DNA of 27,795 bases from a bacterium. Its GTDB lineage: Bacteria; Patescibacteriota; Minisyncoccia; Phycocordibacterales; PALSA-1337. Numbering within the stretch: the first letter of the stretch is position 1; each line of letters starts with the position of its first letter. Below, one piece after another: positions 1 through 8,303 of the stretch. The stretch spans positions 1 to 27,795 of the forward strand of contig JAUSHF010000048.1 of assembly GCA_030648705.1 (NCBI GenBank). The letters run 5' to 3'. Made by a program: the position numbers and the translations under genes. The notes beneath the pieces were generated by a model. That model worked only from the letters and a program-made list of their open reading frames with translations, did no database searches and was not told the DNA's origin.

Positions 1-94
1 AACTATATCCAAATATGTAAAGGAGCAGGGTATCGAAAAAGATTACACCAAACTCCATGAAGACAAACCAACGTTATTCGACTCTATAATCTAA
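1..94 (+). mobile_element. tnpA: 3' end (partial) of an IS200/IS605-family Y1 transposase TnpA
   Basis: Frame from nt 2 reads TISKYVKEQGIEKDYTKLHEDKPTLFDSII*. The I-x-x-Y-V-x-x-Q motif resembles the catalytic Tyr helix of TnpA and is followed at once by an IS200-type end hairpin. Too short for the ORF track. Confidence 0.6.
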
Positions 95-104
95 CGAAGG
101 CACT

Positions 105-137
105 GATACCTCGGCAGCTTGCTGCGAGGTAGTTCAT
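105..137 (+). mobile_element. IS200/IS605 right-end subterminal bulged hairpin and probable element end (TTCAT)
   Basis: TACCTCG-g-CAGC-TT-GCTG-CGAGGTA at 107-131, then TTCAT at 133-137. No tnpB between tnpA and this end. Confidence 0.6.
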
Positions 138-138
138 T

Positions 139-270
139 TTCGGTTTGATTTGTTTCATCATATTCTTTCCGAAGACTTTCGTACTCTGTTTCCTTGGGAC
201 AGTAGTAGTCTCGACTATCCTGAAATGCATCATGGACGATGCAGAGAAGGAAAGGCAAAGAATCAGGTAA
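139..270 (+). pseudogene. Possible 3' remnant of a small membrane-protein gene cut by the IS
   Basis: Open frame FGLICFIIFFPKTFVLCFLGTVVVSTILKCIMDDAEKERQRIR* begins at the IS end, lacks a convincing start and is followed by a terminator. Confidence 0.3.
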
Positions 271-292
271 ATCTTTCCTGTCGGATTTTCAC

Positions 293-336
293 AAAATCGC
301 ACATGACCTCTAAACGGTTTATGTGCGATTTTTTAT
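293..336 (+). terminator. Intrinsic terminator-like inverted repeat
   Basis: AAAATCGCACAT (293-304) / ATGTGCGATTTT (321-332), 12-bp perfect stem with a T run. Confidence 0.55.
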
Positions 337-397
337 CTATCTGACCTTCTTCTTTTGCATTTTTTGTGTCATATTTTTTTATCCACAGCTTTTGCTC

Positions 398-426
398 TTC
401 ACAGTGAACAGTCGTTCACCTATAAT
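398..426 (+). promoter_or_regulatory. Sigma70 promoter with a putative LexA operator in its spacer
   Basis: TTCACA (398-403), 17 nt, TATAAT (421-426). The spacer holds GTGAAC-AGTC-GTTCAC (404-419). Confidence 0.8.
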
Positions 427-474
427 ATACTCATAACAAAAAGCAGATATTATAAGGTTTAATTTATAAAAAAT

Positions 475-711
475 ATGAGCAAATATAAATTAGGAAAAAA
501 TATACAAAGAGAAATCGATAAACTAAACAACTCTATCGATTTAAAAATCATCAAAGGACTTTCTTACAGAAAAGAAGCTCTAAGACATAAATTTCTACTC
601 TCTCAGCTATACTATGTAAGGTCTGCTAGTAAGTTTGGAGATAATCTAAATAAAGTTAAGAGTAACTGGTTCCAGAGATCTTTTAGTATGTTAACTAATA
701 TCTTGCTTTAA
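475..711 (+). CDS. Basic 78-aa protein of unknown function, first gene of the putative lexA operon
   Basis: ATG ORF between the operator-bearing promoter and lexA (13-nt gap). Amphipathic/hydrophobic C-terminus NWFQRSFSMLTNILL. Confidence 0.75.
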   Translation: MSKYKLGKNIQREIDKLNNSIDLKIIKGLSYRKEALRHKFLLSQLYYVRSASKFGDNLNKVKSNWFQRSFSMLTNILL

Positions 712-724
712 TTTTACTTTAATT

Positions 725-1291
725 ATGTTTGAGGAATATAAAAATAAAATATTCGCTTTCTACGAAGGTCAAAAGAGAATGCCGAGTTATAAAGAGATTA
801 TGAATCTCCTCGGTTTCAAATCGAAGAATTCTGTTTATAAATTAGTAAATAAATTAATCGACCTCGGATTCATAGATAAGGATTCGACAGGCAAGCTCAT
901 ACCTAAGAATCTTTTTCAAGAAGTTAAGCTTCTAGGTCTCGTAGAAGCTGGAATTCCTACTTTAGCTGAAGAGGAAACTCTAGATACTTTAAACTTAGAT
1001 AATTATCTAATTAAAGATAGGGATGCCACATATCTTCTCGAAGTTAAGGGTGATTCGATGATAGACGAAGGTATTAAAGAGGGTGACCTCGTGATAGCAG
1101 AGAGAAAAGGTGAACCTCGAGACGGAGATATTGTTATTGCAGAAGTAGATGGTGGCTGGACTATGAAATATTTTAAGAAAAAAGGTAATCTCGTATATCT
1201 AATGCCAGCAAATAAAAATTATAAACCAATATATCCCGAAGAAGAAATGAAAGTAGCCGCTATTGTAAAGGGTGTAATAAGAAAATATTAA
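725..1291 (+). CDS. lexA: LexA-type SOS repressor (wHTH plus S24 autopeptidase)
   Basis: HTH PSYKEIMNLLGFKSKNSV; cleavage site VEAG (A75-G76); GDSM Ser111; Lys148. The 37-residue Ser-Lys spacing matches E. coli LexA S119/K156. Confidence 0.9.
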   Translation: MFEEYKNKIFAFYEGQKRMPSYKEIMNLLGFKSKNSVYKLVNKLIDLGFIDKDSTGKLIPKNLFQEVKLLGLVEAGIPTLAEEETLDTLNLDNYLIKDRDATYLLEVKGDSMIDEGIKEGDLVIAERKGEPRDGDIVIAEVDGGWTMKYFKKKGNLVYLMPANKNYKPIYPEEEMKVAAIVKGVIRKY

Positions 1292-1372
1292 AATTAAAAA
1301 ATTATTAGCTTTGGTATTACAAAATTAAAACATTACGGGTAAATTCGTGAAAAATGTGCTAGACTTTTGTTT

Positions 1373-2365
1373 ATGGCATTTATAGATGAATTAGACTTAC
1401 ATTTAAAGTCTGGAAATGGCGGTGACGGAGTAGTCCGTTGGCGTCATGAAAAAGGCAAAGAATTAAGCGGTCCTTCCGGAGGAAACGGTGGAAGGGGTGC
1501 TGATTTCTACGTTCGCGCTGTGCGTGATAACGCTATCTTAGCACGCTACAGAAATGATAAAGAATTCACAGCAGAGAATGGTGAAGCTGGAATGAAGGAA
1601 AGTCGTCACGGCAAAGACGGAGAGGATTACTTTCTAGATTTACCAATCGGGGCCATTATTACAAATAAAAATACAGGTAGAGTATATTCTTTGGAGAAGG
1701 ACGGAGAGACTGTCTTAATACTACATGGCGGAAAGGGTGGTCTCGGAAATGAATACTTTAAATCTTCTACTAATAGATCACCAGAAGAATTCACAGAAGG
1801 AAAGAAGGGTGACGAAGCGGATTTCTATATCGAGCTCGAACTTTCTGCCGATGCTGGTCTCGCAGGATTTCCTAATGCTGGAAAGTCCAGTATTTTAAAT
1901 ACATTAACGAATGCTTCTGCAAAGGTGGGTGCATATCCCTTTACTACTCTAGAGCCGAATCTAGGAGATTTATTCGGATTCGTACTAGCAGATATTCCCG
2001 GACTCATAGAAGGTGCTTCGGAAGGAAAAGGTCTTGGACATAACTTTCTTAGACATATAAAGAGAACAAAAATGATTGTTCATTGTATTTCTCTAGAACA
2101 TATTCTCGAAGGAAAAACTAAAGATTTAGTGGACGCATACAAGGCTATTAGAAAAGAGCTTGAAGTTTACAGCGATGAATTAGCAAAGAAAAAGGAAGTG
2201 GTGGTTCTCACAAAGACTGATTTAGTAGATGAAAAGCAGATAAAAAGCGCTGTCACTGCAATGAAAAAATACTGTGACGACGTATTCACTATGTCCATAG
2301 TAGACGATAAGGCTATTAAGGAGTTCGGTGATGGACTAGTAAAAATTCTCAGAAAACTAGATTAA
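1373..2365 (+). CDS. obgE: Obg/CgtA GTPase, short form without C-terminal extension
   Basis: Gly-rich Obg fold GNGGDG/GGNGGRG, GFPNAGKS, YPFTTLEPNLG, DIPGLIEGA, TKTD. Start moved to ATG 1373, 7 nt after TGcTAGACT. Confidence 0.97.
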   Translation: MAFIDELDLHLKSGNGGDGVVRWRHEKGKELSGPSGGNGGRGADFYVRAVRDNAILARYRNDKEFTAENGEAGMKESRHGKDGEDYFLDLPIGAIITNKNTGRVYSLEKDGETVLILHGGKGGLGNEYFKSSTNRSPEEFTEGKKGDEADFYIELELSADAGLAGFPNAGKSSILNTLTNASAKVGAYPFTTLEPNLGDLFGFVLADIPGLIEGASEGKGLGHNFLRHIKRTKMIVHCISLEHILEGKTKDLVDAYKAIRKELEVYSDELAKKKEVVVLTKTDLVDEKQIKSAVTAMKKYCDDVFTMSIVDDKAIKEFGDGLVKILRKLD

Positions 2366-2443
2366 TTTTTTGTAAAGATTTTTTTTAAACGAATTTTTTA
2401 AACGATTTTTAAAACTCAATTTTTGTGATAATATAGCTTCTAT

Positions 2444-3883
2444 ATGAGTTATAAACCCACAATAGGTCTAGAAATACACGCGGAGCTAAAGACGGCTTCG
2501 AAAATGTTTTGTTCTTGTAAGAATGATCAGAATGAAACTCGTCCGAATGTGAATGTTTGTCCTGTCTGTATGGGACATCCTGGGACTTTGCCTGTGATTA
2601 ATAAACAGGCTGTTAAAAATGTGATAAAGATGGGTCTGGCTGTTGGAGGAAAGATTGCGGACTTTACAGAATGGGACAGAAAGAATTATTTTTACCCTGA
2701 TATTCCAAAAGGTTACCAGATTACTCAGTATAAATATCCTTTAGTTAGTGGGGGGCAAATAGATGGTATAGAAATCACCAGAATTCATTTAGAGGAAGAC
2801 ACTGCGAAATCTACACATGATACAGGTGGCAGAAGTTTAGTGGATTTTAATCGCTCAGGTTTGCCCTTAATGGAGCTTGTTACAGAACCTGTTATTCACA
2901 ATGGTAAGGACGCTGTTCTCTTTGCAAAAGATTTACAAAGACTTCTCAGATATTTAGAGGCTGGGGATGCGAATATGGAGAAAGGTCAAATGAGAGTGGA
3001 AGCAAATATTTCAGTTAGTAAGACTGACACTTTCGGCACAAAGACAGAAGTAAAGAATTTAAACTCTTTTAAGTCTGTAGAAAAAGCGATAGATTATGAG
3101 ATAAAAAGACAAATAAAATTATTAGATAGCGGTGAAAAAGTGATTCAAGAAACTCGTGGCTGGGACGATGCGAAAGGTGAGACATATTTACAGCGTGTTA
3201 AGGAATCATCTCATGATTATAGATATTTTCCAGATCCTGATTTGCCAAAAATGATGATTAGCGAAATACCGGAATTTTCTGCAGATAATTTGAGCAAAGA
3301 AATTCCTGAGCTCCCTTGGGCAAAGCGTGAGAGACTTATGAAGGATTTTGATTTAAAGGAAGTAGATGCGGATTTATTCCTAGATTTTTCAGAGTTTTTT
3401 GTGTATTTCGAACAGATTTGTTATGAACTTGGTAATGATAAAAAGTTATCAAAAATCGCTTTGAACTATTTGATTACCGATTATTTGTCATTGTTAAAAA
3501 AATCGAATACGAATTCTGCGGATATAGCGGAGAATATAAATAAGATTAGTGTTACTAATTTCGCTAAGCTTGTAAAAATGATTTCTGGAGCTGTGGTATC
3601 ATCACGCGGAGCTAAAGATACTTTAAAAATAATGTTTGAGAAGGGTGGTGAGGATAGCGATCCAGAAGTAATAGCTAAAGAGAATGGCTTTATACAAACT
3701 CATGATGAAGGAGAAATAGAGAAAACTGTAGCAAAGATAATATCAGAGAATGAGAAAGTGGTGGCTGAATACAAATCTGGCAAGGAATCAGTACTTCAAT
3801 TCCTAATAGGTCAAGGTATGAAAGCCACAAAGGGAAGTGCGAATCCAGAGATTCTAATGAAAATATTCAAAAAGTTGCTCTAA
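2444..3883 (+). CDS. gatB: Asp-tRNA(Asn)/Glu-tRNA(Gln) amidotransferase subunit B
   Basis: IGLEIHAEL, RKNYFYPDIPKGYQITQ, RIHLEED, DFNRSGLPLMELVTEP, KNLNS, YRYFPDPDLP. Confidence 0.98.
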   Translation: MSYKPTIGLEIHAELKTASKMFCSCKNDQNETRPNVNVCPVCMGHPGTLPVINKQAVKNVIKMGLAVGGKIADFTEWDRKNYFYPDIPKGYQITQYKYPLVSGGQIDGIEITRIHLEEDTAKSTHDTGGRSLVDFNRSGLPLMELVTEPVIHNGKDAVLFAKDLQRLLRYLEAGDANMEKGQMRVEANISVSKTDTFGTKTEVKNLNSFKSVEKAIDYEIKRQIKLLDSGEKVIQETRGWDDAKGETYLQRVKESSHDYRYFPDPDLPKMMISEIPEFSADNLSKEIPELPWAKRERLMKDFDLKEVDADLFLDFSEFFVYFEQICYELGNDKKLSKIALNYLITDYLSLLKKSNTNSADIAENINKISVTNFAKLVKMISGAVVSSRGAKDTLKIMFEKGGEDSDPEVIAKENGFIQTHDEGEIEKTVAKIISENEKVVAEYKSGKESVLQFLIGQGMKATKGSANPEILMKIFKKLL

Positions 3884-3895
3884 CTTATACATCTT

Positions 3896-4099
3896 ATGAG
3901 TATAAAAATAAAAAATATAACCTCTACACCAGAATCTATAAGAAAAACAGCGGAAGAACACAGTTCTTTATTGGAAGATATTGATCTAGCAAATAACTCT
4001 AAATTCATAAGCAAGATGAAGCAGGCTGATCGAGAATTTAAGAGTGGAAAATTTTTCACTTGGGAAAGTGTAAAAAAGAATCTTGCAGAAAAGAGATAG
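3896..4099 (+). CDS. Small protein resembling an orphan type II antitoxin
   Basis: 67 aa; LEDIDLA...MKQADREFKSGKFFTWESVKK resembles antitoxin C-terminal segments. No toxin ORF follows. Confidence 0.4.
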   Translation: MSIKIKNITSTPESIRKTAEEHSSLLEDIDLANNSKFISKMKQADREFKSGKFFTWESVKKNLAEKR

Positions 4100-4262
4100 A
4101 AAGTAGGGGGAATGTATCTTTTTATAAATAACGAGGTGATATAACTATATTTTGTGGTCTTATTTTTGCGGTTGCTTTTAGGGGGTATATGTGTTAGTAT
4201 TGACAGTGTAAGTTTCTCGTTCGCTTACATATAATAATTTAAAGACGAGTAAGAAAAATAGA

Positions 4263-4550
4263 ATGGCAAAGAAGTTATACGTAGGGGGTGTGCCTTATAG
4301 CACAAATGACGAAATACTAAGAAAGTATTTCGAACAAGCAGGTGAGGTTACCTCTGCTACGATTATCATGGACCGCGCAACTAATCGCTCAAAAGGCTTT
4401 GGTTTCGTAGAATTCGCAAATGATGCTGATGCAGACAATGCGGTTTCAATGTTCAATGGTAAAGAGTTTGAAGGAAGAAAACTTACGGTTAACGAGGCTC
4501 GTCCTTTGGAACCAAGAGCTCCTCGCAGAGATTTTAACACAAGAGGTTAA
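4263..4550 (+). CDS. Single-RRM RNA-binding protein (Rbp-like)
   Basis: RNP2 LYVGGV, RNP1 SKGFGFVEF, C-terminal LTVNEARP. Confidence 0.95.
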   Translation: MAKKLYVGGVPYSTNDEILRKYFEQAGEVTSATIIMDRATNRSKGFGFVEFANDADADNAVSMFNGKEFEGRKLTVNEARPLEPRAPRRDFNTRG

Positions 4551-4609
4551 TATCTTTCAGGATCTTCTAAAAACTTTGCTCGTCTTAAGTTATTAAGTGG
4601 GCAGGAAAC

Positions 4610-4640
4610 AGAAAGGGCGGCCTTCGGCCGCCCTTTCTCT
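4610..4640 (+). terminator. GC-rich hairpin, probable terminator of the RRM gene
   Basis: AGAAAGGGCGGCC-TTC-GGCCGCCCTTTCT, 13-bp perfect stem. Confidence 0.7.
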
Positions 4641-4723
4641 ATTCCCAAACTCCTTTTTGCAATTTTTGTGTCCAAATAATTTTTTATTTTGCCTTTAAAC
4701 ATTCGTTTTGATAGAATGAAAAG

Positions 4724-6430
4724 ATGAAAAATCAACACAGCAGTCGCAGTAAGACTAATAAGCACAAATTTATTTTTGTCATTGGCGGAGTAATGTCAGG
4801 AGTCGGAAAAGGTATCGCCACCTCATCTATTGGGACCCTTCTACAAGCGAAGGGTTTTTCTGTGAATCTTCTAAAAGTAGATCCGTATCTAAACGTAGAT
4901 GCAGGAACAATGAATCCTACAGAACACGGAGAAGTTTTTGTACTAAATTCTGGACTTGAGACAGATCAGGATATGGGTAATTACGAAAGATTTTTAAATA
5001 GAGACTTAACTGGTGATGACTATATTACTTCTGGTATGGTTTACAAACATGTAATCGAAGCGGAAAGAGCTCTGAAATACGGGGGTAAATGTGTGGAAGC
5101 AATTCCTCATATTCGTGATGAGATTATTCGCCGTTTTGAACATTCTGCGAAGATAAATAAGACGGATATTACGGTGGTAGAAATTGGCGGTACTGTCGGA
5201 GACTATCAGAATATTATGTTCATAGAAGCGGCGCGTGTTATGAAAGTTCGTCATCCAGAAGATGTGATATTCGTAATGGTGTCATACATGCCTGTGCCTT
5301 CTAAGCTTGGAGAGATGAAGTCAAAGCCTACACAGAATGCGATTCGTCAGCTAAATTCCTATGGGGTGAACACGGACATAATCATTGCACGCAGTGAAGT
5401 CCCCATGGATCATAAGAGAAAAGAAAAAATTGCTGTGTCATGCGGAGTTCATACAGATCATGTTATTTCAGCGCCAGATATTGAAAGTGTATTCGATGTA
5501 CCTCTGAACTTTGAAAAAGATAATATGAGTGAAATTCTCATGAAGACTTTGCACTTAAAAAAGCGTACAAATGAAAAAAGTCTAAAAGGACTCGGAGAAT
5601 GGAAGAGATTTGCAGATAATGTAAAGGCTGTTAAGAAAGGTGATAAGGAGGTAAACATTGCTATTGTCGGAAAGTATTTCAATACTGGCGACTTTGTCCT
5701 TACTGACGCTTACGTCTCTGTGCTAGAAGCTATTAAATATTCTGCTTATGCATTAAAAGTTAATCCTAAAATACACACCATAAACGCTCGTGATTTCGAG
5801 GATAAAAATGGGAAGCTTTTGGCTGGTGCTGATTTTAAATCTTTAGATAAATTTGATGGTATTATAGTGCCGGGTGGATTCGGCGAGAGTGGTATAGAGG
5901 GCAAGCTCGCTGTGATTAAATACGCTCGTGAGAATAAGATTCCGTATTTCGGTCTTTGCTACGGAATGCAGTTAATGGTTATAGAATACGCTAGAAATAT
6001 TCTCGGTTTATCCGACGCGAATACTGCTGAGATAAATCCTAAGTCTAGTGCTTTAGTGATAGATATAATGCCGGATCAAAAGAAGAAGCTGGCCGATGGA
6101 AATTATGGAGGAAGTATGAGACTTGGGCAGTATGAAGCAATTTTAAAAAAGGGAACTGTGGCCCATGAAGCTTACGGTGCTGGTTCAGTATTAGAACGTC
6201 ACAGACATCGTTATGAGGTGAATCCTGAATTTGTAGAGAGGATTAGTCAGGCTGGATTAGTATTTTCTGGAACCTCGCCTGATGGTAAACTTATGGAAAT
6301 TGCGGAATTACCAAAATCTGAGCATCCTTTTTTCCTCGGAACACAATTCCACCCTGAATTTTTAGCTCGCCCATTACGCCCACAGCCTCTGTTTACGGAG
6401 TTTATAAAGGTGGCGAAAAATAAGAAATAA
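4724..6430 (+). CDS. pyrG: CTP synthase
   Basis: GGVMSGVGKG, KVDPYLNVDAGTMNPTEHGEVFV, glutaminase GLCYGMQ, ERHRHRYEVN, QFHPEF. Confidence 0.99.
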   Translation: MKNQHSSRSKTNKHKFIFVIGGVMSGVGKGIATSSIGTLLQAKGFSVNLLKVDPYLNVDAGTMNPTEHGEVFVLNSGLETDQDMGNYERFLNRDLTGDDYITSGMVYKHVIEAERALKYGGKCVEAIPHIRDEIIRRFEHSAKINKTDITVVEIGGTVGDYQNIMFIEAARVMKVRHPEDVIFVMVSYMPVPSKLGEMKSKPTQNAIRQLNSYGVNTDIIIARSEVPMDHKRKEKIAVSCGVHTDHVISAPDIESVFDVPLNFEKDNMSEILMKTLHLKKRTNEKSLKGLGEWKRFADNVKAVKKGDKEVNIAIVGKYFNTGDFVLTDAYVSVLEAIKYSAYALKVNPKIHTINARDFEDKNGKLLAGADFKSLDKFDGIIVPGGFGESGIEGKLAVIKYARENKIPYFGLCYGMQLMVIEYARNILGLSDANTAEINPKSSALVIDIMPDQKKKLADGNYGGSMRLGQYEAILKKGTVAHEAYGAGSVLERHRHRYEVNPEFVERISQAGLVFSGTSPDGKLMEIAELPKSEHPFFLGTQFHPEFLARPLRPQPLFTEFIKVAKNKK

Positions 6431-6437
6431 ACGGATA

Positions 6438-7838
6438 ATGAAAAAATATAGGAAAAATATTTATTTATTACTCATACTTTTTGTTTTGAGTATTGCTACT
6501 AGATTTATATTTTTTGGTTACCCTAAGGAAGTTGTCTTTGATGAAACTTATTTCGGTAAATTTGCATCGAGCTATTTGACTGGTAATTATTATTTTGATT
6601 TACATCCTCCTCTCGGCAAGCTTCTTATTAGTGGAATGGGATATACTGCTGGCGCGAAGACAGATAGTACAGATTATTCGAAAATAAATAATCCTTACAA
6701 AGATGATATATATATTTGGTATAGATTACTGCCGACTATAGCTGGAATCCTATTACCATTAATTATTTTCTTTATAATACTTCAATTAGGAGTATCATCT
6801 CTCGGAGCATTTGTGACTAGTGCTCTTATTATCTTTGAGAATTCATTAGTAGTTCAAGCTAGATTCATATCTCTCGACAGCATACTCTTATTTTTTGGGT
6901 TCTCGGCACTTCTCCTCTACCTTTTATATAGTAAAAGTAATGATGAAAAGAAAAAGGTATATTTAGTATTGTCGGCCATATTTGCGTCATTAGCTTTTTG
7001 TATAAAGTGGACAGGCTTATCATTTTTAGGCCTCATATTATTTATGGAATTATATGAGATATTTAGGAATAGATTAAGCGGTATTCTTTCGAAGACTAAA
7101 TCCCTAATAAAATATGCAAAAATAGTCACCTTATTTTTTATCATCGGCTTTGCTATATATTTTTCAAGTTTTGTAATTCATTTTGCATTATTACCAAAGA
7201 CAGGATTAGGAGATGTGTTCATGTCGGAATCTTTTCAGAAAACATTAGTAGGTAGTAAATACGAAAATAATCAAGATATTAAAGTTCCAAATTTGCCTGA
7301 AAAGTTTTTCGAATTAAATAAAGAAATGTATGCAGTTAACGCTCGTATGGATGCTGAGCACTCTTATTCTAGCCTTTGGTATACGTGGCCGTTTATGTAC
7401 AGACCTGTATTTTATTGGCAGGGAATTATAGATGATGAATCTTTGTCACGACCTTATATTTATTATTTAGGTAATCCAATTATTTATTGGTTATCCATAG
7501 GTGCTATTATTCTACTTGTCTTACTTTCCAGATTTTTCAAAGATAGTAGAAAGACAGCTCTTTTTATCATAGCTGGTTTTTGTATAAACTTTCTACCTTT
7601 TATATTTATAGGACGTGTTATGTTTTTATATCATTATGCTACCGCTTTAATATTTGCTGTAATGGCGCTCGTATTAATAATAGATAGGATAAGTGTCCGT
7701 AGAACAAAATATGTCTTATTTGGAGCATTATTAATTCTTAGTGTCGCTTCATTTACTTTTTTCTCACCATTAACCTATGGTAGGCCACTCACTGATTCTC
7801 AGCTAGCTCATAGAATATGGTTTCCAAGCTGGCGGTAG
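6438..7838 (+). CDS. Lipid-carrier-dependent glycosyltransferase, protein O-mannosyltransferase (GT39/PMT)-like
   Basis: VVFDETYF, FDLHPPLGKLLI, LDSILLFF, IKWTG, HSYSSLWYTWP, GNPIIYW, FLYHY; many TM helices. Confidence 0.85.
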   Translation: MKKYRKNIYLLLILFVLSIATRFIFFGYPKEVVFDETYFGKFASSYLTGNYYFDLHPPLGKLLISGMGYTAGAKTDSTDYSKINNPYKDDIYIWYRLLPTIAGILLPLIIFFIILQLGVSSLGAFVTSALIIFENSLVVQARFISLDSILLFFGFSALLLYLLYSKSNDEKKKVYLVLSAIFASLAFCIKWTGLSFLGLILFMELYEIFRNRLSGILSKTKSLIKYAKIVTLFFIIGFAIYFSSFVIHFALLPKTGLGDVFMSESFQKTLVGSKYENNQDIKVPNLPEKFFELNKEMYAVNARMDAEHSYSSLWYTWPFMYRPVFYWQGIIDDESLSRPYIYYLGNPIIYWLSIGAIILLVLLSRFFKDSRKTALFIIAGFCINFLPFIFIGRVMFLYHYATALIFAVMALVLIIDRISVRRTKYVLFGALLILSVASFTFFSPLTYGRPLTDSQLAHRIWFPSWR

Positions 7839-7839
7839 C

Positions 7840-8109
7840 ATGGGTTTCTATATTAAGAGTGATAAATTTGCCAGACCAGTTCTAATTCTAAAAGTCTTTA
7901 ATTTAAGACATATTTGGATATTGCCGTTATCAAGTATGAAAGGTAGAAGTAATTATTATTTTTAGACTAGATTATATGGTAAAAAATCTTACATTATATT
8001 ATCTCAAATTAGGACGATTAGTACTCTAGGATTGTCGAAAATTATGTACACTATTAGTAATAGTGATTTTGAAGAGATTGTCTCGAAAGTTAAAAAGATT
8101 TTAGAATAG
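7840..8109 (+). pseudogene. PemK/MazF-like toxin pseudogene with an in-frame TAG at 7963-7965
   Basis: MGFYIKSDKFARPVLILKVFNLRHIWILPLSSMKGRSNYYF*TRLYGKKSYIILSQIRTISTLGLSKIMYTISNSDFEEIVSKVKKILE*. RPVLI, LPLSS and SQIRTI are MazF-type motifs. Both halves are under 60 aa, so absent from the ORF track. Confidence 0.7.
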
Positions 8110-8114
8110 ATACT

Positions 8115-8140
8115 AAAAAACCGAGTAAACTCGGTTTTTT
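8115..8140. terminator. Bidirectional intrinsic terminator
   Basis: AAAAAA-CCGAG-TAAA-CTCGG-TTTTTT. Confidence 0.85.
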
Positions 8141-8221
8141 AGATAATTCGCTAGATAAGTACTTCTAGCCTTGCGAAACCTGATTACTTTTTCAGGAATC
8201 TCGAACCCTCATGGGACTAAT
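8115..8221 (-). ncRNA. Candidate ~105-nt small RNA of unknown family
   Basis: Upstream minus-strand promoter, internal hairpins, ends in the bidirectional terminator, no ORF longer than 6 codons seen. Confidence 0.35.
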
Positions 8222-8227
8222 ACAAAC

Positions 8228-8255
8228 ATTCTATCATTTTTAAAAAATTTTTCAA
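8228..8255 (-). promoter_or_regulatory. Sigma70 promoter, extended -10
   Basis: TTGAAA (8255-8250), 16 nt, TAGAAT (8233-8228), with TG one base upstream of the -10. Confidence 0.5.
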
Positions 8256-8303
8256 TAGCAATATTAAGCCTAATGGTAGGAAAATATGATATAATGATTA
8301 AAA

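Noticed and set aside
379-387. Perfect DnaA box TTATCCACA upstream of the SOS promoter
   Set aside because: Single copy, no box cluster or dnaA/dnaN nearby; one 9-mer match in 28 kb of AT-rich DNA is plausible by chance.
2366-2420. Degenerate TTTAAA(A)CGA repeats between obgE and gatB
   Set aside because: Short low-complexity AT tract with irregular units; not CRISPR-like.
7963-7965. Amber recoding or an alternative genetic code
   Set aside because: TAG is a genuine stop for other genes here (4099, 7838, 21646), and all long ORFs are intact in code 11.
8181-8212. preQ1-I riboswitch-like or tRNA T-arm-like segment (AGGGUUCGAGAUUCCU-GAAAAAGUAA, minus strand)
   Set aside because: The loop is too short for the preQ1-I consensus as I recall it, no cloverleaf forms, and no same-strand gene lies downstream.
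7840-8221. Type III TA system (ToxN-like toxin with RNA antitoxin)
   Set aside because: Type III antitoxins are tandem repeats upstream of the toxin on the same strand; this RNA candidate is non-repetitive, downstream and convergent.
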